A stretch of 36,972 bases of DNA from positions 181,538 through 218,509 of the forward strand of contig PS015120.1 of NCBI GenBank assembly GCA_048213135.1, in the 5' to 3' direction. Made by a program: the position numbers and the translations under genes. The notes beneath the pieces are model-generated. The model was not told where the DNA came from, ran no database searches, and worked only from the letters and a program-made list of their open reading frames with translations. Position 1 is the first letter of the stretch. The number at the start of each line of letters is the position of its first letter. Below, piece after piece: positions 1 to 10,985 of the stretch. This stretch comes from Reclinomonas americana ATCC 50394 (lineage: Eukaryota).

Positions 1-60
1 CCCCTTCTCCGTGGGCGTCTATTCAACTCACTCCCTCCCCCCCTTCTCCTCCGCGTACAG

Positions 61-2254
61 GACGTGGTGCTGATGAAGAACGGCTACCCGATGACGCTGG
101 CCCAGGTGTTCGAGAGCCTCAACATGACGGCTTACGAGCTGAGTGTGGACACGCTGGATGTGCACGCCGACAAGTCGACCTTCCACCGCTTCGACAAGTT
201 CAACCTCAAGTACAACCCGATGGGCCAGAGTGCGCTGCGTGAGATTTTCCTGAAGACCGACAATTACATTCATGGACGGTACTTTGCCGAGCTGTGTCAA
301 GAGGTACTACGCGGCCGGTTGCTTGAACCTCTGTCGCTCTGCACTTGTGCTGACAACAACGCTGTTGTGATTGCACAGGTGTTCCAGGAGATGGAGGAGT
401 CCAAGTATCAGAACACGGAGCCCCGCATTTCCATCTACGGCAGAAATGTTGCGTCTTGGGTGTTGTTGTGCGGCGATGATGCGTGGACCACCGCTGATTT
501 CATGCACCCTCAGCGCAACGAGTGGGACCGACTGGCCGACTGGTTCAATCGTCACAAGGTGTACTCGAACAATGTGCGTTGGTTGGTGCAAATCCCGCGC
601 CTGTACAGCGTGCACAAGCGTTCGGGCGGCGTGTACAATTTCCAGGAGTTTTTGGATAGCTGCGTACTGCTGGCAGTCGACGGGCGCACACCTTTGGGGA
701 AGAAGTGACCGCTGACGTTGTGTGTGTATCTCTCTCGTGGGAACAGATATTTTTGTTCCCCTGTTCGAGGTCACGTGCGATCCGACGAGCCACCCGCACC
801 TCAACAACTTTTTGCAGCAGTTGGTCGGCTTCGACAGTGTCGATGACGAGTCGAAGGCGGAGAAGAAGTTCCACCACAGGTGAGAGAGTCGGTCCGTTGA
901 TACATCCCATCTCCCTGCGATTGCTGACGTGTATACGACGCAGCAATCCGCACCCCGAAGACTACACGAGCGACGACAATCCATCCTACGTCTACTACAC
1001 GTACTATTTCTATGCAAACATGTTGCGTCGTGGGCATGAGCTCCCTGACCTCTTTGCTGTTGCTCACACATTGCATTGCAGCTTTGCACTGAATAAGCTG
1101 CGCAAGCAGCGCGGTCTCAGTTGCGTTGTGGATTGAACGACGCTGCGTGTCTTCTCTTCCGCGCCACTCACCGTGACCCTTGTTGCCCCACAGACACCTT
1201 CAGTTTCCGACCGCACTCTGGCGAGGCCGGTGACGATGATCATCTCATGGTCACCTTTTTGTTGGCCGACGGCATCAACCACGGCATCACGCTGCGCAAG
1301 AACCCCGTCATGCAGTACCTGTACTACCTGACGCAAATCGGCATCGCCATGTCGCCGCTGTCGAACAACTCGCTCTTCCTCAGCTACGACCGCAATCCAT
1401 TCCCGCTCTTCTTCAAGCGCGGACTCAATGTGTCGCTCTCCACGGATGATACGTATCTCTCTCTTCGTTTCTCGCATGCTCATGAGAGAACGCAGTGTGG
1501 ATCTCATCAGCAAGTTGTGTTTTTCTGCGTGTTCACATCCCCTGATGTTCCACTTCACCAAGGAGCCGCTGATGGAGGAGTTCAGCATCGCCGCGCNNNN
1601 NNNNNNNNNNNNNNNNNNNNNNNNNNNNNNNNNNNNNNNNNNNNNNNNNNNNNNNNNNNNNNNNNNNNNNNNNNNNNNNNNNNNNNNNNNNNNNNNNNNN
1701 NNNNNNNNNNNNNNNNNNNNNNNNNNNNNNNNNNNNNNNNNNNNNNNNNNNNNNNNNNNNNNNNNNNNNNNNNNNNNNNNNNNNNNNNNNNNNNNNNNNN
1801 NNNAGGTGTACCACTTGAGCACGTGCGATTTGTGCGAGATTGCCAGAAACAGCGTGTACCAGTCTGGGTGGGAGCACAGCGTCAAGTCGTACTGGTTGGG
1901 CAGTCGGTACAAGCTGCCGGGTCCGCTCGGAAATCGTGAGTGGGGGGTAGCGAAGAGAAGGGGAATGCTTTTGAGTCAGCGTTGCTCACTCGTCCCTTGC
2001 AGAGATCGAGCGCACCAACGTGTCACAGCTGCGCGTCGCCTACCGCTACGCCACTCTGTGCCAGGAGCACCGCTTCGTGCTGAAGTTGCGCCGCGTGACT
2101 TTCTCCTTCACTTCCAAGAAGCGTCGCTAAACCGCGTGTTTCCCTTCTCCTCTCGTGCAGATGTTTGGCCATTGGCAACGAGCAAAAGGCAGCGGCGGCC
2201 GCTGCAGCTGCTGCCGCGTCTGCTTCGCGGGCGTTGCGTTCACCAGGCAAGTAG
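61..2254 (+). CDS. AMPD: AMP deaminase, C-terminal catalytic domain (5'-partial, about 10 introns, one gap)
   Basis: Spliced translation gives family motifs: [142 protein letters not shown]. Introns at 304-378, 448-513, 659-746, 880-943, 1022-1081, 1120-1193, 1449-1536, 1936-2002, 2085-2160. Stop TAG at 2252-2254. Confidence 0.97.
1449..1536 (+). other. AT-AC intron (88 nt) in AMP deaminase
   Basis: ACG GAT G|ATACGT...GTGTTCAC|AT CCC CTG restores the conserved STDDPL motif. Confidence 0.8.
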
Positions 2255-2449
2255 CCAGGGGGGAGTAGAGCGAGTGGGGGGGGGGAGAAAAATCACGGCG
2301 CACAATGTATAGCTGTATCGGCAATGGACGAGAAAGAGCCACCGGCGATTTACTTGACGACGCTCTCCTCGTCACAAGAAAAACACAAGGACTGAATGTA
2401 TACGGTGAAGGCAAGACAAGACAGACACACAGACACACACTCTACCACA

Positions 2450-4617
2450 TCACCGCCGGCCCACACCCGGCACAAACGAGTCGGCGACGGATTTGTTCTG
2501 GCATCTATCCTCGAGAATGCCAAACACCTCGTCGTTGCGACGACACACAAAGAGCACCGACGGCCGCTTCACCTCCTCCACCAGCAGGCACGGGAAAGAT
2601 GCCGCTGACGACGACGACGACGACGATGACGAAGAGGAGGAGGAAATCGCCGGTCCGGCGAATGATTTCGGAAAGAAGAAGCGCACAAAGGCCGGCGCGG
2701 TGACACACGCGCGATGTGGCACCACAGACGACTTGACGCGCGCTAGCCCGTCGACATCGGCAAAAGGCCACTCGACGCGACGCACCCTCCGGAGCGTAGT
2801 AGTGGTGGACAATGATGGCGTGCTCCTTGACGCACACATACTCGTCCTCGTACAGCACCTCGCCGTCGTGCAGCTCCCACGAGGGGTCCACAGTGGGACT
2901 GCAGCAGGCACAGGAGGTGAGAGAAGAGCAAGAGAGAGANNNNNNNNNNNNNNNNNNNNNNNNNNNNNNNNNNNNNNNNNNNNNNNNNNNNNNNNNNNNN
3001 NNNNNNNNNNNNNNNNNNNNNNNNNNNNNNNNNNNNNNNNNNNNNNNNNNNNNNNNNNNNNNNNNNNNNNNNNNNNNNNNNNNNNNNNNNNNNNNNNNNN
3101 NNNNNNNNNNNNNNNNNNNNNNNNNNNNNNNNNNNNNNNNNNNNNNNNNNNNNNNNNNNNNNNNNNNNNNNNNNNNNNNNNNNNNNNNNNNNNNNNNNNN
3201 NNNNNNNNNNNNNNNNNNNNNNNNNNNNNNNNNNNNNNNNNNNNNNNNNNNNNNNNNNNNNNNNNNNNNNNNNNNNNNNNNNNNNNNNNNNNNNNNNNNN
3301 NNNNNNNNNNNNNNNNNNNNNNNNNNNNNNNNNNNNNNNNNNNNNNNNNNNNNNNNNNNNNNNNNNNNNNNNNNNNNNNNNNNNNNNNNNNNNNNNNNNN
3401 NNNNNNNNNNNNNNNNNNNNNNNNNNNNNNNNNNNNNNNNNNNNNNNNNNNNNNNNNNNNNNNNNNNNNNNNNNNNNNNNNNNNNNNNNNNNNNNNNNNN
3501 NNNNNNNNNNNNNNNNNNNNNNNNNNNNNNNNNNNNNNNNNNNNNNNNNNNNNNNNNNNNNNNNNNNNNNNNNNNNNNNNNNNNNNNNNNNNNNNNNGGC
3601 ACAGAGCAGGGAAGACGCAACGGTGCTTTCGGAGCCGGCACCGCATGCTGCGGCTGTTTCCTGCGGTTCCTCCGTCGGCGGCTGCTCGCTGATCGCGGTG
3701 GCGAGGCAGCCGACGAGGCGCCGCCAAACACGTCGCCGACACCCGACGCCGAGCCATACTCGTCTTCCCCGCCCTCGTCACCGTCGTCGCCCGCGCCACT
3801 GCTTCCATCGTCACCCACATCGACTTGCACAGACGACGCCTCGGCATGGCCAACGAAAAAGCTCGCCGCCCCCGAGCCCATCAGCACCGACTGCGGATCG
3901 ACGGCGCACGGCACGAGAATGCTCTTCAGATGGAACAAGTCGTCGGAGAAGAGGCCATTCTCCTGCTTCAGACGCTGCGAGGAGACATTGTAGCGCACGG
4001 AGAGGCCCATCAGCGTGTCGGCTGCGCACGAGTGAGCGACAACATGCGGAACAGTCTCTCTCTCTCTCTATCACGCGCGCGCGCAACTCGGCTGCGTCCA
4101 ATGATCAATCACCAATCGCCGCTTCGACGCGCCTGCCAAGTCACTGAGCTCATTCGGCGGCGGCGATCCCTGAAACGTGCTGGCAACACGAGGGAATAGT
4201 CAGAAGACAAGAGAGCATTGGCCGCATGATTTCTATTTCTGCGATGACTGCTCTCTCTGCTTCTCTCTGCTTCTCACTCAACTTGTACACATTGCGCGTC
4301 TTGCGCGTGGAAAACGTCTGCAACTGCGCCTCCTGCTCGCCACCCCTCGCATCATCATCCGCAAGCATCACATCTGTCGTCACTCTCCGTCCACTGGCCC
4401 CGAATTCACTGCGCCCTCCGCCTCGAATCAACGAAGTGCTTGCATTTGCGGTCGACGCCCACGAGGGTGCGCCACTTCCACTTCCGCCGCCCTCGAGCAA
4501 GTCACCGTCACTGTCACTGCCGACCAGAGAGAGAGTGGCGCCTCCACCGCCTCTCCCGCGCACGACGACTGCTGGTGGAGGACGCGGAGGCCGTGTTTTT
4601 GATTGTGAGGAGCCCAT
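2450..4617 (-). CDS. LysM-domain protein with N-terminal myristoylation-like motif; link to the exons beyond gap 2940-3597 is inferred
   Basis: Starts MGSSQSK (G2/S6). Removing introns 4282-4180 and 4087-4022 gives HWTQPTDTLMGLSVRYNVSSQRLKQENGLFSDDLFHLKSILVP, a eukaryotic LysM pattern. Downstream same-strand exon reads EVLYEDEYVCVKEHAIIVHHYYAP. Confidence 0.75.
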
Positions 4618-4997
4618 CAAGTGTGTGCGTGCGTGCGTGCGTGTGAATGAGGAATTGCGGCATTGTCCGATGGTGTCCTGACGATGTTGTGAGTGGGTGT
4701 TTTCGGTGTTTCTTGTGTCGTGGTGTGCGATGTAGTGTCATGTGCATGGAGCATGTGAGCGTGCAAGCGCTGCGTGAGTGGAAGTCGGTGAAATGCAACA
4801 GAATGACGGAATCAGTGCAAGGAAAACGCGTCACTCGCTGCTCTCTTTTTTCTCTGCACCCATTCCTCTCTCTACTACCACCACCACTGCTGCGTCGCTG
4901 GTGCTGAATTGCAGCGTCGCACAAGCCGCAACTTCACGGGACAGTCGCGCATCTGTCCACGCACATTGCTCGCGGCCGTTCATTTTTTCATTCAGCG

Positions 4998-6259
4998 ATG
5001 GTTTGCGCCGTGTGCTCCTCCTCTCCCTCTCTCAGTGTGTGTGTGTGNNNNNNNNNNNNNNNNNNNNCCCTCCTCCCTCCTCCTCCTCTCTCTCCTCCTC
5101 TCTCTCTCCCTCTCCCTCCTCTCTCTCTCCCTCTCCCTCTCTCTCTCCCTCTCACCAATGATGCATGCATGCATTCACTGTGAAATGTCAGGTGTATGCA
5201 CTCCGCGAGACCGAGCAACGACAGCGTGAGCGCATTCAGCAACTGGAGGAGACCGTCGACAGCCTGCGACCATATCGCGAAGAAGTGTTGGATCTGCGAT
5301 CACAGGTTGACTCGCACTCTCTCACTCATTCACTCATTCACTCTTTCCTCGCTCACTCACTCTCTCCCTTGAAGAACTCGGTCCTCCACGAGCAGTGCAA
5401 GCGAATGGAAGACGAAGTGCATCGTCTGAGCTTGCTCATTGTGGGGTACGCTCATTCTCACTGTCTCCGCGTCATGTGGCAAGCGGAGGCATTCATCCGC
5501 GCATTCGCAGGCAAGAGCGTGAGCTGGATATCGCCTCACAGGTGGCCAGTGAGCAGATTGAGCGTGCGCGACCGCAGTGGGAGAACGAGCTGCGCGATGT
5601 GCAGGCGCAGAATGCGGCGTTGCGAGAGGACCGCGAACGGCAAGTGCGTCTGCGTGCCGAGGTGGAGAAGGAGGTGCAGCGGTTGGGTCGCATTGTGCAG
5701 ATGCAGCAGCGGGAGGCGGAGTCGCGGGAAATGGTGTTGAGGAGGGAGGTGGACAGGCTCACTGGTGCGTCTGTCTTTCGTGGAGTGAGTGAGTGCGTCG
5801 CTGCTTCGGACCGATTGTATTCGTGCAGAGTTGATTGGTCACTCGAGCATGGAGCGCAAGGATCAGGAGGATCACTTGTATCGCTTGCAGCTGGAGCTGT
5901 CGGATTTGATTCGACGCGAGGCGCAAGTGACGTACCGGTGAGCAGGAGACGTGGAGGAGTTGGTTTTGTGTGATGCTGAAAATCATAAATTGCATCGCAG
6001 TATGGGACTGGAGTCGCCGACCGCAGCGTCTCCGGTCTCCTCGTCGCTGGGTGCGGCCGGTGGCATCTCGTCGCCTCTCGGATTTTCACGCGGACCAGTG
6101 GATGCTGGCTTCTCATCGTCGGTGGGCATGGGCATCGGGGCCACGGCGTCGCCAATGCCAGCGGTGTTGCGAGTGGAGAGCTTGCTGTCGCCGCAGGGGC
6201 GCTACTCGTCGACCACGAGAGGACAAGCTGCAGCGGCATCATCTCGTGAATATGATTAG
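4998..6259 (+). CDS. Coiled-coil protein of unknown function
   Basis: Exons splice in frame through G|GT donors into an E/Q/R/L-rich heptad sequence (VYALRETEQRQRERIQQLEETVDSL...WENELRDVQAQNAALREDRERQVRLRAEVEKEVQRL) and an S/P-rich tail ending REYD*. Start codon uncertain. Confidence 0.7.
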
Positions 6260-6562
6260 CTGCTGCTGCTGCTGCCGAATCACGTTTTGTGCTGATTGTT
6301 CGCATCTTCCTGCAGCTCTCTCGTCTCCATACGGACGCGCACACGCGCAGCCTCTCTGTTGCGTTTCTCCTGTCGCGTGTTGATGACTGTACGTGCCAAC
6401 TGACTGTGTGATTCACGTCACCCCACGCAGACGATCAGCGATGAATAATCCCAAGTCGGTGACCCGGGCGGGCGACAATGAATCGCAACGCGAATGTAAC
6501 AACACGATTCAATGTTGGACGAGTGCGCAGGGAGAAAATTGCCCACGAACAAACAAGTCGCG

Positions 6563-8781
6563 TTAGCGGGCTGGCGGCGGTGGCGGCGGAGGTGGTGGTG
6601 GTAGAGGTGTTACTGTCGTCGCGGTGCCCGCTGGAGGAGAGCGGTTGGCCGGCGGTGGTGGCGGTGGCGGCGGCGGAGGTCCACGAGTGCGCAAGAGTTG
6701 AGCAGCTCGTGCAAGTTCTAGCTGTTGAGGAGAGGCGGGCTTGCCAGACGGCGATGATGGTGAGTCCGGGGCTGCGATGAGGCACAGGGCGATGTCATTG
6801 CGAAGACGGCGAGAATGTCTGCAAAAGCGCGCCGCACACGCACCACGATCGTGCACGATAACACTGCTCATGCTCCTCGGCTTTGGCGGCGGTGCTGCAG
6901 GCAGAGAGCAAGGCAATGAGTGGAATGCACGAGGAGCAGAACATGGTGGCGTGCACGCGAACCAGGCGTATTTCCAGCATGTGGTGAACCAGCTGCAAAA
7001 ATGCACAAGTGAGATGGAGAGCAAGGAGGAGGATGAGGACGACGAGTTACCGGAGGCAGGCGAGCGAGACGACGGCGATGCTGTGAGCGATAAATGACTG
7101 GTGAGCAAGCTCACTGTGTGGCACAGCTTGAGAGGAGGTGGTCGAACCTGCCGAGGGAGAGCCGCCGAAACTGCGTTGCATGAAAGGCACACGTGAGCAC
7201 ACACGCTGGCAAATGCACAAATAAGTTGATGCTTGCTTGTCACTCACCGGCTGTCATGAACCAAGGTGGACGGCGTTTCTGCAGAAGGCGGTGTGCGTGC
7301 ATGAGGATAGGTGATGAGAGGAACCGCGAGACGTGGCTCGGTAGCTCACCAGCTGCGTCTTCCAGTTCGTCTACGGTGCCTAATCGGCGAACACCGAGCT
7401 TGCCCTTGCGGTCGGGAAGAGGGGGCGGTGCACCGCGGGATCCAGAACTCGGTCCTGCTGCGATAGCAAAAGTGAGTGAGGCACTGTCTTCCGACGGAGG
7501 AAAAGAATGCACGGGCGAGTGGCACACCAGCAGCGACAGCAGCGGCCGTGGCGGCGGCAGCCGAGGCCGCGCCCACTTTGCTGGACGAGCCACCTGTGTC
7601 ATGAAGTCGCAGTCGGTGATCTGACCACACCCAAACAACGATATGCAGTAAGAAACGCACCACCGGCGGCAGCCGAGGCAGTCGGTCTCGTGGGATCGCG
7701 GCTGAGTACGCGCTCCACACAATCGGCGAGGGGCGCCATGTCTTTCTTGCCGATGATGTTGTGCTCGTGCACAAAGAAGACAAAGTGCTCGAACGCGTGA
7801 TGGAGCACCGAGGAGGCTTTTGGACCGCGTTTCTGAGCAAGTAACGAGGTGAGTGCTGCGCGATCTGCAAGGCGGTGCAGCAGCCCACCACGTGAACTGC
7901 ATCTCGTCGTTACCCAGTTCCCAACACGTGCCCCATTTCACGAACTGCAGAACGCCCCACCCGCACCCGCAATAAACACCCTCACTCCTGCCACCTCCTC
8001 ACCTTCATCGTCGGTAGATGATGATGGTAGATGTGAGCAAACACGCGGAACAGCCTCCGATACACCTTGTGCATCAACTCGGAGAAATGCGGTGGATACC
8101 GCGCACCCGGCTCCACGGGAAACACCTCCGTGTCATTCATCAACGCATCGATCCACTCCAGCAGCAGCGACACGTACTGATGCGCCGGCACCGAGATTGG
8201 TTGTCCATTCGCCGGCACCAGCGGAGGCTCTCCCCACAAGTACTCAAACCTGCGCATGTTGCATAAGAGGACACGCTGCATGCAGAACAAGAAGCTGCGT
8301 ATGTGTGTCAGGTGAGCAACCTGGGTCCGGCAGTCATCTTTGGGCACGAATCCCGCGTGCAGTCGGCTTGCACGTTCCCAAAGAGCAAATTGGCGGCATC
8401 ATAGAACTCAATGACATTGGCGGCGATCCAGTCGTTGAGCGCGGCACTTTGCGGAGTGCGCACGAGACTCTACACACACACACGCACATGTGCATTAGAG
8501 AGTGGAAGAGCAAGTTACAAAACCGTCATGATGCGCGCGCTCGCACCTCCAGTGACTCATCGTCATCAGTGACGGAGTTGAGTGAGGCCGTGCGGATGTG
8601 CTCTTGCAGAGTGTAGCGAGAGGTGGCACGACGAGCGGCCATTGCTGACTCACTCAGTGAGGAGCGACGATGCGGACGATCATTGTCACTGTGTGCATGA
8701 GTGAGTGAGTGTGAGTGTGTGTGTGTGTTAGTGTGAGGAGCGCAACAGTCCGCCGTCTGTAGTCAACACTGCGCTGTTCAT
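6563..8781 (-). CDS. MOB kinase activator (Mob1/phocein family) with long Pro-rich C-terminal extension
   Basis: Spliced core reads LNDWIAANVIEFYDAANLLFG..CTRDSCPKMTAGPRFEYLW..VPAHQYVSLLLEWID..FP..FSELMHKVYRRLFRVFAHIYHHH..FEHFVFFVHEHNIIGKKDMAPL. Further same-strand exons end in PPPPPPPPPAR* at 6563; the tail's exon structure is approximate. Confidence 0.9.
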
Positions 8782-8820
8782 GCGTGCACAAGACAAGCAA
8801 AGTAAAAAGACAAGTGTGGT

Positions 8821-9219
8821 TCATTGAGTGGATGATGAATGTTGTGCTGCAGCAGCAGGTGCGGTGGCCAGCAGTCGCGTGGCACGAATGACGTTGAAGA
8901 CTTGGTCTGTGAGTGTGTATGTGTGCGATGGGGGCAGTGAGTGAGCGTGCGCATGAGAGAGAGACAGTGAGACAAAGAGAGAGAGAATGTGCCTTCTTGT
9001 TCTTGTAGTTCGCGGGCTCGTTGGAGAATGTCGATGCGTCTTTGTTGGAGCTCTTCTGCGCTGACGGATGCTGCTGATGATGATGCTGCGGTGGTGGTAA
9101 GTTGTTGTTGTGTTGGTCAGGCAGAGTGTGAGCGACGTCAGTTGTCTGCGACTGTGAACAGTGGGACACGCAACGAGCTGCTGCTGGTGGTGCTGCTGCA
9201 GAGGCGGGAGTGTCGCTCA
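8821..9219 (-). CDS. Small helical protein of about 70 aa, or extra 5' exons of the MOB gene
   Basis: Removing introns 9174-9086 (C|GTTGCGT..CAG) and 8992-8907 (G|GCACAT..CAG) gives SDTPASAAAPPAAAPSSSAASVSAEELQQRRIDILQRARELQEQEDQVFNVIRATRLL...TQ*. The start abuts the gap. Confidence 0.45.
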
Positions 9220-9618
9220 NNNNNNNNNNNNNNNNNNNNNNNNNNNNNNNNNNNNNNNNNNNNNNNNNNNNNNNNNNNNNNNNNNNNNNNNNNNNNNNNN
9301 NNNNNNNNNNNNNNNNNNNNNNNNNNNNNNNNNNNNNNNNNNNNNNNNNNNNNNNNNNNNNNNNNNNNNNNNNNNNNNNNNNNNNNNNNNNNNNNNNNNN
9401 NNNNNNNNNNNNNNNNNNNNNNNNNNNNNNNNNNNNNNNNNNNNNNNNNNNNNNNNNNNNNNNNNNNNNNNNNNNNNNNNNNNNNNNNNNNNNNNNNNNN
9501 NNNNNNNNNNNNNNNNNNNNNNNNNNNNNNNNNNNNNNNNNNNNNNNNNNGAGGGGGGAGGATGTGAGACTGCTAAATCGATACACACACTCATGCAACG
9601 CAGGCGGCGGGTGCTCAC

Positions 9619-10631
9619 CTGCAAGCGTACTTTGATCAAGTCTATCGGATTCGTCAGAAAGGCGGCCATGGCGCCAGCTGCAGCGCCACAAGCTGTGTAC
9701 GCGTGTTAGCGACAGTGAGAACCCGCTTCCTCGTGTTGAGCGGAAACGCACCGAAAAATACATAATGCGGCAACGCGGCCACCTCCTCCACCCGATAGTG
9801 CCGCATGAAGCCGACCTTGAGCTGCTCGTAAAACATCAAGTAGAGACCGCTGTAGGGCCCAAACGTCAACAGCGTCGCGCCGAGTCCCTTGTAGAAGCCG
9901 CGAATGCCAGTCGTGTCCCAGATCTTGCCAGCAATGCGCGTCACTGGCACGTACCGCTGCGTGCTGATCGCCTGCTGTCGCTGCTTCAAAACATCCACTG
10001 GCACCCATCTGGTGCGAGGGGATCGCGGAATGAGGGGTGGTGACAGCCGAAGAGACTGACAAAAAGAGAGACAGGCGAGCGCAACATGCACGAGCTGCCG
10101 AGCTCTGCGGCAAAGCCGGCACAAAAGTCGGCAATCAGTGGTCGCTCCCGCAGTGCAGGCAGGCGATGGAGGTAGCTCTTGGTGACTTCGTACGTGGAAA
10201 AGTACAGCATGCCCGCGGGCACAGAGCCGGTCATTGCTGCACACAGTGCTGCGAAGTCAACAAGAGGAGGAGACAACGCATGCCTTACTCCCTCCTCTCT
10301 GTTCGCAGGGGTGTGTGTGTGTGTGTGTGCATGCATCACTCACCGACTGCGACTCCGGAGTAAAAGCCGACAAAGCCCGAGTTCCGGAAGACAGTGCGCA
10401 CAGTGTTGAGGAGGCTTGGTCGCACGCCGAATCGACTCGACTGTGTGATGAAGAGGAGAGTGAGTGAGTAAGTGTGGAGAGATGAGTGATGAGAGATGAC
10501 TGATGCATCTTCCTTGCCTCGGCTTGTCGAATGGTCTTGAGAGTGTCGACAGGGTGCAACACGATGCGCGACACAATGCCGGCGACTGCCGAGGCCACCA
10601 GAGGCACTGTCATTCCGCCCTCAATCAACAT
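9619..10631 (-). CDS. Mitochondrial carrier family (SLC25) protein, 3' end in gap
   Basis: Three Px[DE]xx[KR] signatures after splicing: HPVDTLKT, VPVDVLKQR, NPIDLIKVRLQ. Also GFVGFYSG and GIRGFYKGLG. Confidence 0.95.
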
Positions 10632-10985
10632 GTTTGTGTGTTCGGAAAATTGAAGGCGAAAAAAATATGCTGTTGGTGGACAACTTGCGCGGGGATAACA
10701 AACTTCGTTCTCAAGATGCTAAGTTGCAACTGCAGGGGGGGTTCAACAATGCGGCAGCGGCGTCGGCGGCATCTTCTGGCCGCGTACATGAGCTGGATGT
10801 CGCCACGCAGCGCAGTGTGGAATTCGAATTCGAATTCGAAGTCTGTGAGAGTTAACGCTTTTTGGGGGAAGGAGGGAGAGGGTGGAAGAGAAAGAAAGTC
10901 GCTCATTGATGTTTGTGCTGTGACGCGCAGCCTGAGGTGGTGGTTGGGGGCAAGCAGCTTGAAAAGTCCTGTCCTGTCGCTAATA

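Noticed and set aside
10820-10840. (GAATTC)3 palindromic repeat in the divergent spacer between the carrier and MATE genes, read as a heat-shock element
   Set aside because: The spacing does not fit the nGAAn pentamer periodicity, it occurs once, and nothing supports a function.
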